Source: Myxococcota bacterium
GTDB lineage: Bacteria; Myxococcota_A; UBA796; CAJQPC01
NCBI GenBank assembly: GCA_036012755.1
Contig: DASCPX010000016.1
Location: 160,001-224,000, forward strand
Reading direction: 5' to 3'
DNA length: 64,000 nt
Part shown: positions 1-9,566 of the stretch, in pieces
Layout: every line of letters begins with the position of its first letter
Position numbering within the stretch: position 1 is the stretch's first letter
Translations under genes and position numbers: made by a program
The notes under the pieces: model-generated
Database searches by the model: none
Seen by the model: the letters and a program-made list of their open reading frames with translations, nothing else
Told to the model about the DNA's origin: nothing

Positions 1-916
1 TGCGCCAGAACCAGGCCTCGCTCTCTCTCGCTCCGAGGTGGGCCAGCACCGTCCTCATCGCGAAGCCCTCGAACGAAGCGCCGCACTTGGGCGATCGGAG
101 CAGGGCCTCTCGCGTCCCCAGGTCGAGCAGCGCGTGGAGGAGCCCGGAGTCCGTGATGTACAGCCGGGGCGACTTGACCTGCCGCTTCTTGAGGTTGGCG
201 TGCCACGGCTGGAGCTGTCGGACGACGAAGGTGTTGGCGAGGTGGTCGAGGTAGGCCCGCACGGTCTTCGCGGACACGCCGAGCGAGCGTCCCAGCTCGG
301 CGCCGTTCCAGAGCTGGCCATGCCAGTGGGCCAGCATCGTCCAGAACCGTCTCATCGTCGGAGCGGCCACTCCGATCCCCAGCTGGGGGAGATCCCGCTC
401 GAGGAACGTCGTCACGAACTGCGCCCGGAGCTCCATGCTGTCTTCGTCGCTGTCGGCGAGGTAGGGCCTCGGCAGGCCGCCTCGGAGCCAACGCCGGTCG
501 AGATCTCCGACCTCGCTCAGCTCGAAGCCGTCGACCCGGTGGAACTCGATCCTCCCCGCGAGGGTCTCGCTCGACTGCCGCAGCAGGTGAGGTGAGGCGC
601 TGCCGAGGATCAAGAACCGGGCGGGGAGGGGCTCGCGATCGGCCAGGACGCGAAGGAGCGGAAAGAGGTCGGGACGCCGCTGGATCTCGTCCAGGATCAC
701 CAGCCCGGTGAGCGGCCTCAACGCGAAGGACGGGTCCTCGAGCCGCGCCAGGTCTCGCGGGTCCTCGAGGTCGAAGCGCGTCACCGTGTCGTGCTCGCTG
801 GCGACCTGCGCTGCCAGGGTCGTCTTGCCGACCTGCCTGGCTCCGAGGAGCGCAACGACAGGGCTTCGGGCGAGTCGCTTTCGGACCCGATCGAGGTGGG
901 CGGTGCGGGGAATCAC
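1..916 (-). CDS. AAA_14/DUF4143-type ATP-binding protein (3' end runs off the window)
   Basis: Not in the ORF track; translated by hand from GTG 916: MIPRTAHL...LLGARQVGKTTL (Walker A), VILDEIQ (Walker B), FLILGSAS, ETLAGR, RGGLP, FLERD, KSPRLYITDSGL, GASFEGF. Confidence 0.9.
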   Translation of the reverse strand, partial: MIPRTAHLDRVRKRLARSPVVALLGARQVGKTTLAAQVASEHDTVTRFDLEDPRDLARLEDPSFALRPLTGLVILDEIQRRPDLFPLLRVLADREPLPARFLILGSASPHLLRQSSETLAGRIEFHRVDGFELSEVGDLDRRWLRGGLPRPYLADSDEDSMELRAQFVTTFLERDLPQLGIGVAAPTMRRFWTMLAHWHGQLWNGAELGRSLGVSAKTVRAYLDHLANTFVVRQLQPWHANLKKRQVKSPRLYITDSGLLHALLDLGTREALLRSPKCGASFEGFAMRTVLAHLGARESEAWFWR

Positions 917-927
917 CCCAGGAGCTT

Positions 928-966
928 ACCCCGAGAATCGGAACCCGGGCTCCCGATTTTCGGGGT
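928..966. promoter_or_regulatory. 14-bp imperfect inverted repeat (operator or terminator hairpin)
   Basis: ACCCCGAGAATCGG (928-941) and CCGATTTTCGGGGT (953-966) are 13/14 complementary. It lies between the stop at 970 and the TAAGCT box upstream of the DUF4143 gene. Confidence 0.5.
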
Positions 967-969
967 TCA

Positions 970-1710
970 TCACTTCGCCCGAGTCACGCAGATGCCGCTG
1001 CCCTCGAAGTGGACCGAGTTCGCGTTGCCCGAGTCGCAGGTGGAGCCCGAGTCGCTCGTGACGTGGTAGGCGGAGCAGCTCCCGGAGCGGTAGACCGGGC
1101 AGAAGTGGTGCATCTCGAGGGTGTTGTCGCCCTTCTCGAGCCAGAAGGTGCCGACGTAGATCAGCGAGGCGGGCGGTCCGCCGCCGTTGTCCGCGTCGCG
1201 CACGACCCAGTCGGAGCCGCAGTTGCCCCACCGAGGCGCCCCGCTGGGGTTCGCGCTGTTGGGGACGCGGTAGTAGGCGGACTCGTTGCGCTGGCTGGAG
1301 CCCGACTCGGCGATGTGCGAGCTGTAGATGTGGTACCAGGCAGAGGTGCCGGTGCTGACGGTGGCGTCCATCTGTGTCGGGTCCCAGGACAGGACGTAGA
1401 TCGAACTCGACGAGGTGGCCTTCGTGCCCCCGTCGCAGTCGTCGTGCCAGTCGCTCGGCGGGTCGCCGTTGGGTGGGTCTCCGAAGTCCCCGGGCGGATC
1501 GTCGTCGTCCGGAGGCTCGTCGTCGGGATCGTCCGTGTCGTCGTCCGGGACCTCCTCCTGCGGCAGGCTGTCGTGCAGGTGGTCCGTGTCACCGCCCTCT
1601 CCGCTGTCGTCGTACAAGCCGGGGGTGCGGACGGGGTGGTTGGGTTCACGGACGTCTTCCGGCGTGTGGACGCCGTAGTCCATGCAGGCGAGCAGGAGGA
1701 GACTGGACAT
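970..1710 (-). CDS. Putative lipoprotein with Asp/Pro-rich linker and Cys-containing beta-rich C-terminal domain
   Basis: Likely start MSSLLLLAC at 1710, behind AAGGAG. GC-biased third codon positions. Confidence 0.7.
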   Translation of the reverse strand: MSSLLLLACMDYGVHTPEDVREPNHPVRTPGLYDDSGEGGDTDHLHDSLPQEEVPDDDTDDPDDEPPDDDDPPGDFGDPPNGDPPSDWHDDCDGGTKATSSSSIYVLSWDPTQMDATVSTGTSAWYHIYSSHIAESGSSQRNESAYYRVPNSANPSGAPRWGNCGSDWVVRDADNGGGPPASLIYVGTFWLEKGDNTLEMHHFCPVYRSGSCSAYHVTSDSGSTCDSGNANSVHFEGSGICVTRAK

Positions 1711-1915
1711 GTCCGATCTCCTTCGCAAGCCCCGTGCCAGCTTCCAACATGGCAAGAACGCAGGGTTTTTCTCGCAGATCGGGACATTTTTATCGCGATC
1801 TGCGACCTCTTCGTCGCTGTAGTCGGGAGACTACATCTGGATCAAACGGTGCGGCTTCTGGTATACGCTCACGCGCCCTGGTCCGCGCTGAGCCGGGAGC
1901 CCCTTTGGAGGTCCC

Positions 1916-3460
1916 ATGCTCATCGTCCTCGCGCTCGCCTGCTCGGATCAGCAGCTACACCAGATGGTCGCAGGCTCCGGCGGCGAGGGACCGCAGATCC
2001 TCGTCGAGCCCGACCTTCTCGACTTCGGCACCCTGGACGCCGACGCGGATCCCGTGATGCAGACCTTCACGATCTCCAGCGTGGGGACAGAGGGTCTCGC
2101 GCTGAAGGAAGTGCAGCTCCGCGACGGCGACTACGCCAGCTTCGAGCTCCTCACAGAGGTCGAAGCCCACGCCATGGAGCCAGGCGAGAGCATCGCGATC
2201 GACGTGCTCTTCTACCCCTGGGGCAACGACCAGGAGGCTCGCGCGGTCGTCGTGAGCAACGACGAGGACACGCCGAACTGGCCGGTGGACCTCTTCGGCG
2301 ACGCGGACGTGCCGGAGCTGGACGTGGACCCGGATCCGCTGGATCACGGCGACATCGGGGTCGGCTGCGTGCGCGAGAACATCGCCACCATCACCAGCGT
2401 CGGCGCGGCGCCGGTGACCATCTCTGCACTGGAGGTCTCCGGAGACGGCTTCACCATGCTCTCTGGTCCCACCCTCCCGCTGACGCTTCAGCCCGGGGAG
2501 ACCGCCGAGGTCGACATCGAGTTCGCCCCCAGCGTGGTCTACGACTACGAGGGTGCCCTGGTTGTGACCTCGGACGAGGCGATGGGTGTGCGCGAGGCCC
2601 TGCAGCTCGGCTCCGGCGGCGTCGACGGCAGCTACACGGACGACTGGTACATCCCCGAGGGGGACCCGCCCAGCGACATCCTCTTCTCCGTCGACGCCAG
2701 CGGCTCGATGGGCGACGATCTCTGGGACCTCGCCCAGAACTTCGAGACCTTCATCACCGAGCTCGACAACTACACGAGCGACTGGCAGGTCATCATCGGG
2801 AGCAGCGACGACGGCTGCAACTCCGGCGGCATCCTCAAGCCCACCACGGCCAACTACATCCAGACCTTCAAGGACAACATCCTCTGGGGCGGCTTCTTCG
2901 CTGACTGGACAGAGGCGCTGTTGACCATCAACGTCAACGCGATCGAGAACACCGACAGCGGCGAGTGCAACTCGGGCTTCATGCGCGACGGGGCGCTCTT
3001 GCACATCATCGACGTGACCGACGAGCCCGAGCAGTCCGTCGAGATGGGCGGCCTGCCCTGGGACGAGAACGTCCAGAAGCTCTGGGACAAGAAGGGCAGC
3101 GCCAGCCACGTGCGCATCTCGGCCATCGCGGGGCCGGTGCCTGGTGGCTGCGACTCGGCCGATCCCGCCACCGGCTACGCAGAGGCGGTCACCGCCACCG
3201 GCGGCGTGTTCCTGTCCATCTGCGACGACTGGGCCAGCGCCGCGAACCTCGCCCTGTTGGCCGCCGCCAGCGTGAACCAGTCCACCTTCGAGCTCTCCAA
3301 CCCCGCTGTCGAGAGCACGATCATCGTGAAGGTCAACGGCACCGAGCGCTACGACTGGACCTTCGACGCCGGGCGCAACGTGGTCATCTTCGACGACGAC
3401 TACCCCTCTGGTGGAGACAAGGTCGTCATCCACTACGACGGCGTCGAGAGCTGCGACTGA
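1916..3460 (+). CDS. Lipoprotein with two Ig-like (ASH/choice-of-anchor D-like) repeats and a vWA domain
   Basis: GGAGG RBS; MLIVLALAC; 'LDFG...TISSVG..L...PGES' repeats; MIDAS-like DILFSVDASGSM; IDVTDEPEQS. Confidence 0.75.
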   Translation: MLIVLALACSDQQLHQMVAGSGGEGPQILVEPDLLDFGTLDADADPVMQTFTISSVGTEGLALKEVQLRDGDYASFELLTEVEAHAMEPGESIAIDVLFYPWGNDQEARAVVVSNDEDTPNWPVDLFGDADVPELDVDPDPLDHGDIGVGCVRENIATITSVGAAPVTISALEVSGDGFTMLSGPTLPLTLQPGETAEVDIEFAPSVVYDYEGALVVTSDEAMGVREALQLGSGGVDGSYTDDWYIPEGDPPSDILFSVDASGSMGDDLWDLAQNFETFITELDNYTSDWQVIIGSSDDGCNSGGILKPTTANYIQTFKDNILWGGFFADWTEALLTINVNAIENTDSGECNSGFMRDGALLHIIDVTDEPEQSVEMGGLPWDENVQKLWDKKGSASHVRISAIAGPVPGGCDSADPATGYAEAVTATGGVFLSICDDWASAANLALLAAASVNQSTFELSNPAVESTIIVKVNGTERYDWTFDAGRNVVIFDDDYPSGGDKVVIHYDGVESCD

Positions 3461-3471
3461 TCAGCCCGAGC

Positions 3472-4965
3472 TCAGCGCTTGGCCTTCCGAGGCTTCATGA
3501 AGGACCACTCCATCCCAGGAGCGTCAGGGTCGTCCGGAACGTCGAGCTCGTCGTCGAAGTCGCCGATGAGGTAGCGGTGGAGCGCCGCGGCGGCCTTCTT
3601 CGCCTGGCCCATCGCCAGGATGACGGTGGAGCCTCCGGTGATGGCGTCTCCGGCCGCGAACACACCCGGCTTGCTCGTGTGGCAGGTCGCCTTGTCCACC
3701 ATCACGATGCCCCAGCGGTTCGTGCGCACGTCCTTTGCGGTCTCGGCGATGAGCGGGTTCACGTTGCAGCCCAGGCTCATCACCGCCGTCTCCACGGGCA
3801 TCTCGAAGGTGCGCCCGGTGGGCACGGGCCGGCGGCGTCCGCTGTCGTCGGGCTCGGAGAGCTCCATCTCCATGCAGGTCATGGCCCGCACGAAGCCGTT
3901 GTCATCACCCAGGAACTCGACGGGGTTGCTGAGCCAGCGGAAGGCGATGCCTTCCTGCTCGGCGTGCTCGAGCTCCTCTGTCCGGGCGGGGGCCTCGGCC
4001 CTCGAGCGCCGGTAGACACAGGTCACGTTGGCACCGAGCCGTAGCCCCGTCCGCAGCACGTCCATGGCGGTGTTGCCCGCTCCGATGACCGCCATGTTCT
4101 TGCCTTGGAACAAGGGCGTCGGGGACTCGGGGAAGTTCTTGGCGTCCATCAGGAAGACACGGGTGAGGTACTCGTTGGCCGAGTAGACGCCGTTGAGGTT
4201 GGCCCCCGGGATCTTCAGCATCTTGGGGAGCCCGGCGCCTGTGGCGATGAGCACCGCGTCGTAGCCCTCCTCCTCGAGCAGGTCGTCGAGGCTGAAGGTG
4301 CGGCCGATGACCACGTTGTAGACGAACTCGACCCCCATCTCCTCGAGCATTGCCAGGTCTTCGTCCACGACCTCGAGCGGGAGCCGGAAGCGGGGGATGC
4401 CGTAGACCATCACGCCGCCGCCGCGGTGGAAGGCCTCGAAGACCGTGACCTGGTGGCCGCGACGCTGGAGCTCGTAGGCACCGGTCAGCCCCGCGGGTCC
4501 GGCCCCGACGACGGCCACCTTCTTGCCGGTCTTCTCCACCGGCTCGGGCAGCCGATCGAGGTCGTGCTCGCGCTCGTAGTCAGCCACGAAGCGCTCGACG
4601 TTTCCGATGCCGACGGGCGCGTACTTGTTGCCCACGACGCAGACCGCCTGGCACTGCTTGTCCTGGGGGCAGACGCGACCGCAGACGCCGGGCAGGAAGT
4701 TGGTCTCGCGGATGCGACGGGCGGCGCCGGCGATGTCTCCGACCTCGACCAGGCCCAGGAAGCCCGGGATGTCGATGCCCACGGGGCAGCCGATGATGCA
4801 CTTGGCCTTCTTGCACTGGATGCAGCGCAGGGACTCGTCCATGGCCGTCTCGAGCGTGTAGCCGAGGGGGACCTCGTCCCAGGTCTTGCCGCGGGCGACC
4901 GCGTCGGCCAGGGGCATCTCGTTGTGCGGCTTCTGCATCCGCTGCTTTCCGGTCAGCTCAGCCAC
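3472..4965 (-). CDS. nfnB: NfnB/SudA-type flavoprotein (GltD-like large subunit of electron-bifurcating transhydrogenase)
   Basis: RCIQCKKAKCIIGCP and CGRVCPQDKQC Fe-S motifs; GAGPAG and GAGNTA Rossmann motifs; AAGDAITG; overlaps the NfnA-like gene. Confidence 0.85.
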   Translation of the reverse strand: MAELTGKQRMQKPHNEMPLADAVARGKTWDEVPLGYTLETAMDESLRCIQCKKAKCIIGCPVGIDIPGFLGLVEVGDIAGAARRIRETNFLPGVCGRVCPQDKQCQAVCVVGNKYAPVGIGNVERFVADYEREHDLDRLPEPVEKTGKKVAVVGAGPAGLTGAYELQRRGHQVTVFEAFHRGGGVMVYGIPRFRLPLEVVDEDLAMLEEMGVEFVYNVVIGRTFSLDDLLEEEGYDAVLIATGAGLPKMLKIPGANLNGVYSANEYLTRVFLMDAKNFPESPTPLFQGKNMAVIGAGNTAMDVLRTGLRLGANVTCVYRRSRAEAPARTEELEHAEQEGIAFRWLSNPVEFLGDDNGFVRAMTCMEMELSEPDDSGRRRPVPTGRTFEMPVETAVMSLGCNVNPLIAETAKDVRTNRWGIVMVDKATCHTSKPGVFAAGDAITGGSTVILAMGQAKKAAAALHRYLIGDFDDELDVPDDPDAPGMEWSFMKPRKAKR

Positions 4966-5797
4966 AGCGACACCTCCGTGCTTCTTCTTCCTGGGCCGCG
5001 AACATGCGCTGTCGTACCCGCAGTTCCTCGAAGTCGACCCCGGCTCCGTCGAAGTCCGGGCCGTGTACGCAGGCGAAGCGGGTCTCGCCCCCGACCGAGA
5101 CCCTGCAGGCCCCGCACATCCCCGTCCCGTCCAGCATGATCGCGTTGAGCGAGACCTGGCAGGGCACCTCTGCCTGCTCGCACATGCGCGTGACCGCCTC
5201 CATCATCGGGACCGGGCCCACCGCCAGCACGGAGGAGACGTTCTCCACCTCGATGAGCTGGGCCAGGGCGTGGGTGACGAAGCCCTCCGTCCCCGCGGAG
5301 CCGTCGTTGGTGGTCAAGAGGACCTCGTCGCAGGCCTCGGAGAGCTGCTCGACCATGATCAACAGGTCGGCTCGCCGCGCTCCGACGATGCCCACGACCC
5401 GGTTGCCGAGGGCTCGGAGATCCCGGGCGGTGGGGATCACGGCTCCGGTGCCGTAGCCCCCGCCGATGACCACGGAGGTGCCCTCCTCTCGGGCGACGTG
5501 AGAGCGCCGTCCGAGGGGGCCGACGACATCGGAGAAGGCGTCCCCGAGCTCCTTGTCCGTGGCCTCGAGCGAGGTCACGCCGACACCCATGATCACGAGA
5601 TCCAGGGTGCCGGCCTCTCGATCCCATCCAGCGATCGACAGGGGCATGCGCTCGGAGCCGGTGTTGGGGCGCACGATGACGAACTGCCCCGCTTCGATCT
5701 TGCGGGCGACCAGTGGCGCCGAGATCCGGAAGAAGACGGTGCCGGGACAGAGCTCGCGGCGTTGCAGGATGGTGTGGCGACGTTCGTAGGGGGTCAT
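4958..5797 (-). CDS. nfnA: NfnA/SudB-type FAD/NAD-binding [2Fe-2S] subunit
   Basis: Likely start MTPYERR at 5797; AGQFVIVR, ERMPLSI, VGPLG, GGGYG, MLDGTGMCGACRV...ACVHGPDF. Confidence 0.88.
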   Translation of the reverse strand: MTPYERRHTILQRRELCPGTVFFRISAPLVARKIEAGQFVIVRPNTGSERMPLSIAGWDREAGTLDLVIMGVGVTSLEATDKELGDAFSDVVGPLGRRSHVAREEGTSVVIGGGYGTGAVIPTARDLRALGNRVVGIVGARRADLLIMVEQLSEACDEVLLTTNDGSAGTEGFVTHALAQLIEVENVSSVLAVGPVPMMEAVTRMCEQAEVPCQVSLNAIMLDGTGMCGACRVSVGGETRFACVHGPDFDGAGVDFEELRVRQRMFAAQEEEARRCRCG

Positions 5798-5859
5798 GGG
5801 CTCGCCTATATCCCCGATCCGTGAGCCCGTTGGCCACAGATCAGGCTTCTTCGGGTCTG

Positions 5860-7296
5860 TCAGCTCGCCAGGGCTGCGAGCAGGTCCACCAGGAAGAGGT
5901 AGGTCCTGCCCACGGAGGGCAGGTGCAAGCGCTCTTCTGGGCTGTGGGGGTACTGGATCGTCGGACCGAAGGAGATCATGTCCATGCCCGGGCAGTGCTG
6001 GCCGAGGACCCCGCACTCGAGCCCTGCATGGATCGCCTCGACCACTGGCTCTTCGCCGGAGCGCTCGAGATGGACCGCCTTGCAGCGAGCCAGGAGCGGG
6101 GAGTCCAGGTTCGGCTCCCAGCCGGGGTAGCCCTCGTCGGTCACGGCCACCGCTCCGAGCGCGGCGGAGATGCCCTCGATGCGCTCGCAGAGGGCGTCCA
6201 GGTCGGCCCGGACCGAGCTGCGCTGGCTGCTGACGATGGCGGCGTGCCCGGTCTCCGGGTCGGCGGTGACAGTGGCCATGTTGTTGGAGGTCTCGACCAG
6301 TCCAGCGATGGCCTTGGAGAAGGCGGCAACGCCGTGGGGGAGCTCCGACAGCAGAGCCACGAGGGACTGCTGGGAAGCCGGAGTCATCAGCACCCCGACC
6401 GGGCGCTCCACGATCTCCAGAGAGAGCCGCAGGCCAGGCTCGTCCTCTCCGTGCTCGGCGAGCAGCTCGGCCTGGAGCGTCGCGAGTCGTGCCCGCACCG
6501 CCGCCGGGTCGGCCACGCAGACCATCGCCTCGGCGTCCCGGGGGATGGCGTTGTGGGCCGTGCCGCCCTCCAGGCTGGCAGCGCGGACACCGTCGAGGTC
6601 CCGGAGCACCATCGCCAGGGTCTTGTTCGCGCTGACCCTGGGCTCGTGGATGTCCACCCCCGAGTGCCCCCCGCGCAGGCCGTGGACCCGCAGCCGGTGA
6701 AGCGAGCCGGTGGCCGCCTCCCAGGTCAGGGCCAGGGTGATGTCCGTCTGGCGCCCCCCGGCGCAGCCCACCGTCAGGACCCCCTCGGTCTCCGAGTCGA
6801 TGTTCAAGAGCGTGCGCCCTGTCAGCATCGAGGGATCGAGCTCGGTGGCGCCGGTGAGCCCGGTCTCCTCGTCGACCGTGAACAACAGCTCCAGCGGAGG
6901 ATGCACGGTCTCGGGATCGCTGAGGATCGCCAGCGCCATCGCGATCGCGATGCCGTTGTCCGCTCCGAGCGTCGTGCGGTCCGCGCACAGCCAGTCCCCC
7001 TCTCGTCGCAGGACCAGGGGCTCCGTCGCGGGGTCGACCTCGCTGTCGGGGGTGCGCTCGCAGACCATGTCCATGTGTCCCTGGAGCACCACCGCTGGCG
7101 CCTGCTCCTGGCCCGGGCTCCCGGGGGCGATGATCACCAGGTTGCCGATCGCGTCGCGACGGGTGGCCAGGTCACGCTCGGCTGCCCAGCTCTCCAGCCA
7201 GGCGGCGACTCGTTCTTCGCCTCCTGAGGGACGGGGAATTCGCGTGAGGGGCTCGAACCAGCGGAGCACCTGGGCAGTGGGATCAGATGTGGCCAA
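5860..7296 (-). CDS. pepD: Aminoacyl-histidine dipeptidase (M20 family)
   Basis: LQGHMDMVCE, TTLGADNGI, DEETGLTGA, GGHSG, IHAGLECG, HSPEER. Confidence 0.92.
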   Translation of the reverse strand: MATSDPTAQVLRWFEPLTRIPRPSGGEERVAAWLESWAAERDLATRRDAIGNLVIIAPGSPGQEQAPAVVLQGHMDMVCERTPDSEVDPATEPLVLRREGDWLCADRTTLGADNGIAIAMALAILSDPETVHPPLELLFTVDEETGLTGATELDPSMLTGRTLLNIDSETEGVLTVGCAGGRQTDITLALTWEAATGSLHRLRVHGLRGGHSGVDIHEPRVSANKTLAMVLRDLDGVRAASLEGGTAHNAIPRDAEAMVCVADPAAVRARLATLQAELLAEHGEDEPGLRLSLEIVERPVGVLMTPASQQSLVALLSELPHGVAAFSKAIAGLVETSNNMATVTADPETGHAAIVSSQRSSVRADLDALCERIEGISAALGAVAVTDEGYPGWEPNLDSPLLARCKAVHLERSGEEPVVEAIHAGLECGVLGQHCPGMDMISFGPTIQYPHSPEERLHLPSVGRTYLFLVDLLAALAS

Positions 7297-7337
7297 GGGT
7301 CACCTCCGAGCCCCCATAGCGTGGTTACCTTCGAGTC

Positions 7338-8300
7338 GTGCTCTTGCTGTTGCTCGCATGTGTCGCCAGCGGAACCACCTGGGTCGAGGTCGCCTCGCCC
7401 GCGCTCGATGCGGATCAGCAGCTGGCGCTCGAGCGGCTGAACCGCGTGCGCTCGGACCCCCCGAGCTGCGTCGACGACTTCGAGGCCCTCTTCGAGGAGG
7501 AGGAGGCCCGCAGTCCTCGACAGTGTGACGACAGCCTGCGGTCCACCGTGGGGCCGCTGCGCAAGGCCGAGTCCCGTCCCCCTCTGGCGCCGGTGAGCGC
7601 GCTGGTCGAGGTCGCAGAGGCCCACGCCACGGCCATGGCCACCGGCGGCTGGTTCAACCACGTCGATCCCCAGGGGATCGGCCCCAACGAGCGCCTCCGC
7701 CGGGCGGGGGTCGCCCTGGATGTGCGCGTGCCCTCCGACGGACGCGTGTACCTGTACGGGGCCGGGCAGCGGGACAACCAGGTGGAGTCGCTCTACTCCC
7801 GGTCGGCCTTCACCACCGGCGAGGTGGGCGATCCCGAGCTTCACGAGTGGTCCTCTGGCATCGACTCGCTGATCGTCGATCGCTGCGTGAACGGCCGGGG
7901 TCATCGGGACCACGTCCTCGGTCGCACCGTCCTCTCCGAGCAGGACCGCGAGGTCGGCATCGGCACGGCGACGGCGCTCGCCCAGCACCCCACCGATCCA
8001 CGCTTTGGCGGCTGGACCCTCCGGCTGGTGGTGCTCACCCGGGCTCGACTCGAGGGTGACTTCTTCCTGGTGGGATCGGTCTTTTCGGACAAGGACGGCG
8101 ACGGCCGCTACTCCGCCGGAGAGGGCCTCGGGGACGTGCTCGTGGAACTCGCCGAGCTCTCCATCCGCACAAGGACCGCCCCAGGCGGCGGCTTCGTGAT
8201 CCCCGTGCCCGACGGGACCCGCGGGACCCTCAGCGCCCAGACCACCTCTGTGGAGGTCGAGGTCTCCGGCGCCAACCTGTCGGTGCCGCTTCCGCTCTGA
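7338..8300 (+). CDS. CAP (SCP) domain lipoprotein with C-terminal carboxypeptidase-regulatory-like beta domain
   Basis: MLLLLLAC; AEAHATAM...FNH...RLRRAG; GHRDHVL...EVGIG; VGSVFSDKDGDGRY..GEGL. Confidence 0.75.
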   Translation: MLLLLLACVASGTTWVEVASPALDADQQLALERLNRVRSDPPSCVDDFEALFEEEEARSPRQCDDSLRSTVGPLRKAESRPPLAPVSALVEVAEAHATAMATGGWFNHVDPQGIGPNERLRRAGVALDVRVPSDGRVYLYGAGQRDNQVESLYSRSAFTTGEVGDPELHEWSSGIDSLIVDRCVNGRGHRDHVLGRTVLSEQDREVGIGTATALAQHPTDPRFGGWTLRLVVLTRARLEGDFFLVGSVFSDKDGDGRYSAGEGLGDVLVELAELSIRTRTAPGGGFVIPVPDGTRGTLSAQTTSVEVEVSGANLSVPLPL

Positions 8301-8496
8301 GGCCCGCGACGATCCACGCCTGTCGGCATCCCGACGTCAGCGACGGCAGCGGTGAGATCGACCAGGGTGCGGCGCCCTAGAGGGCCCAGACGCCGCCCGC
8401 CTCGCTGGCGCTGCCGTCCTCTAGGGGAGCGCTGGCCACGAGCTCGTCGAGGCCGCCGGCTTCCCCGCTGCCGCGATCGAGCGAGACGCCGTCGAG

Positions 8497-8853
8497 GTGC
8501 CCGAGCACGCCTTCTCCCACTTCCTCTTCAGCGGAGACAAGCCGTGGATGAGCCTGGTGGCGACCCGGACCCACAAGTACGTGCGCTACTACCGGAGCTC
8601 CAGCTCCACGGTCTTCGACACGGAGCTCTACGACACGGACAACGATCCCTGGGAGAGCTCCTCGGTCGCGGACGACCCGAGCTACGCAACCCTCGCGTCC
8701 GAGCTCGACTCGGCCCTCGAGGAGCACCTCGCGGCCATGATGGAGCCCCTCTTCCCGGTGGATCGGAACCAGATCACCTGGGAGCCGGCCGAGGCGATCG
8801 ATCTCAGGCTGGATTCGGATACAAACCCCCGATGGCCCCAAACGCCGAGCTGA
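8497..8853 (+). pseudogene. Sulfatase C-terminal fragment (remnant)
   Basis: RTHKYVRY...ELYDTDNDPWE..VADDPSY...L matches the C-terminal tail of sulfatases; no catalytic N-terminal domain lies upstream. Confidence 0.55.
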
Positions 8854-9566
8854 CCACGCCCTGGGTCGTCGTCTCCTTCCTCATCAGAGGTGTCGCCATC
8901 GCCTCGGTCTCCCTGGCGCTGGCTGGCCTCGCGATGAACTTCCCGTGGCGGGAGCACGCCGGTCTCGGAGCCGGGATGGCGGCCCTGAGCCTGGCGGCTG
9001 TCGGCTTGCTGGTCTTCGTGCTGCTGTACTTCGGCGAGTCCCGATGGGTCTCTGCTGGCTGGCTGGTGCTCTCCTTCGGTGTCGGCGTCGCCGGCGCCTT
9101 CGCGATGGACAGCGTGTCCGAGCAGCACATCCAGCTCGCCGAGCACACCGCAGAGGGCATGAGCCGGCGGCTCACCGGCCGGGTGATCGAGACCCGAGGT
9201 CTCGACTGGCTCCCCGCTGGTACCTCGTGCACGGTCGTGGTCGAGGGCAGCCCGGGACTCGTCAAGTGGACCGAAATAGGCTGGTCTCAGCCCTCCTCCG
9301 ATGACCCGGAGCACCTCGGCCCCTGCCGCGTCCAGGTCCTCTGCGCCGAGGCGACCCTCTACGGGGCGGGGACGGCCGGCTACCTGCGGACCTGCGTCCT
9401 CGGAGACGACGCCTCGCTCGAGGCCCGGGACACCGAGGGCGTGGCCACTGACAGCGACCCCGTCATGAGCCTGTCGACGACGGCGGGCCATCTCGAGGTG
9501 CAGGACGACAGCCAGGGCGGAGCGGCCCCCTACGCCGTGGTGATAGCGCTCGAGCAGTCCCCTTGA
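8832..9566 (+). CDS. Hypothetical membrane protein (3 TM plus extracytoplasmic domain)
   Basis: Start MAPNAEL at 8832; three hydrophobic segments; stop overlaps the uvrC start (TTGA). Confidence 0.65.
   Translation: MAPNAELTTPWVVVSFLIRGVAIASVSLALAGLAMNFPWREHAGLGAGMAALSLAAVGLLVFVLLYFGESRWVSAGWLVLSFGVGVAGAFAMDSVSEQHIQLAEHTAEGMSRRLTGRVIETRGLDWLPAGTSCTVVVEGSPGLVKWTEIGWSQPSSDDPEHLGPCRVQVLCAEATLYGAGTAGYLRTCVLGDDASLEARDTEGVATDSDPVMSLSTTAGHLEVQDDSQGGAAPYAVVIALEQSP

Noticed and set aside
3472..4965. Glutamate synthase small subunit gltD
   Set aside because: No gltB is adjacent; it pairs with an NfnA/SudB-type gene instead.
4958..6988. 676-aa NfnA with long N-terminal extension
   Set aside because: The extension is an Arg/Gly/Pro-rich alternative frame over pepD; homology starts at 5797.
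9400..9563. SOS box upstream of uvrC (also checked upstream of uvrB)
   Set aside because: No convincing LexA-type palindrome is visible by eye.
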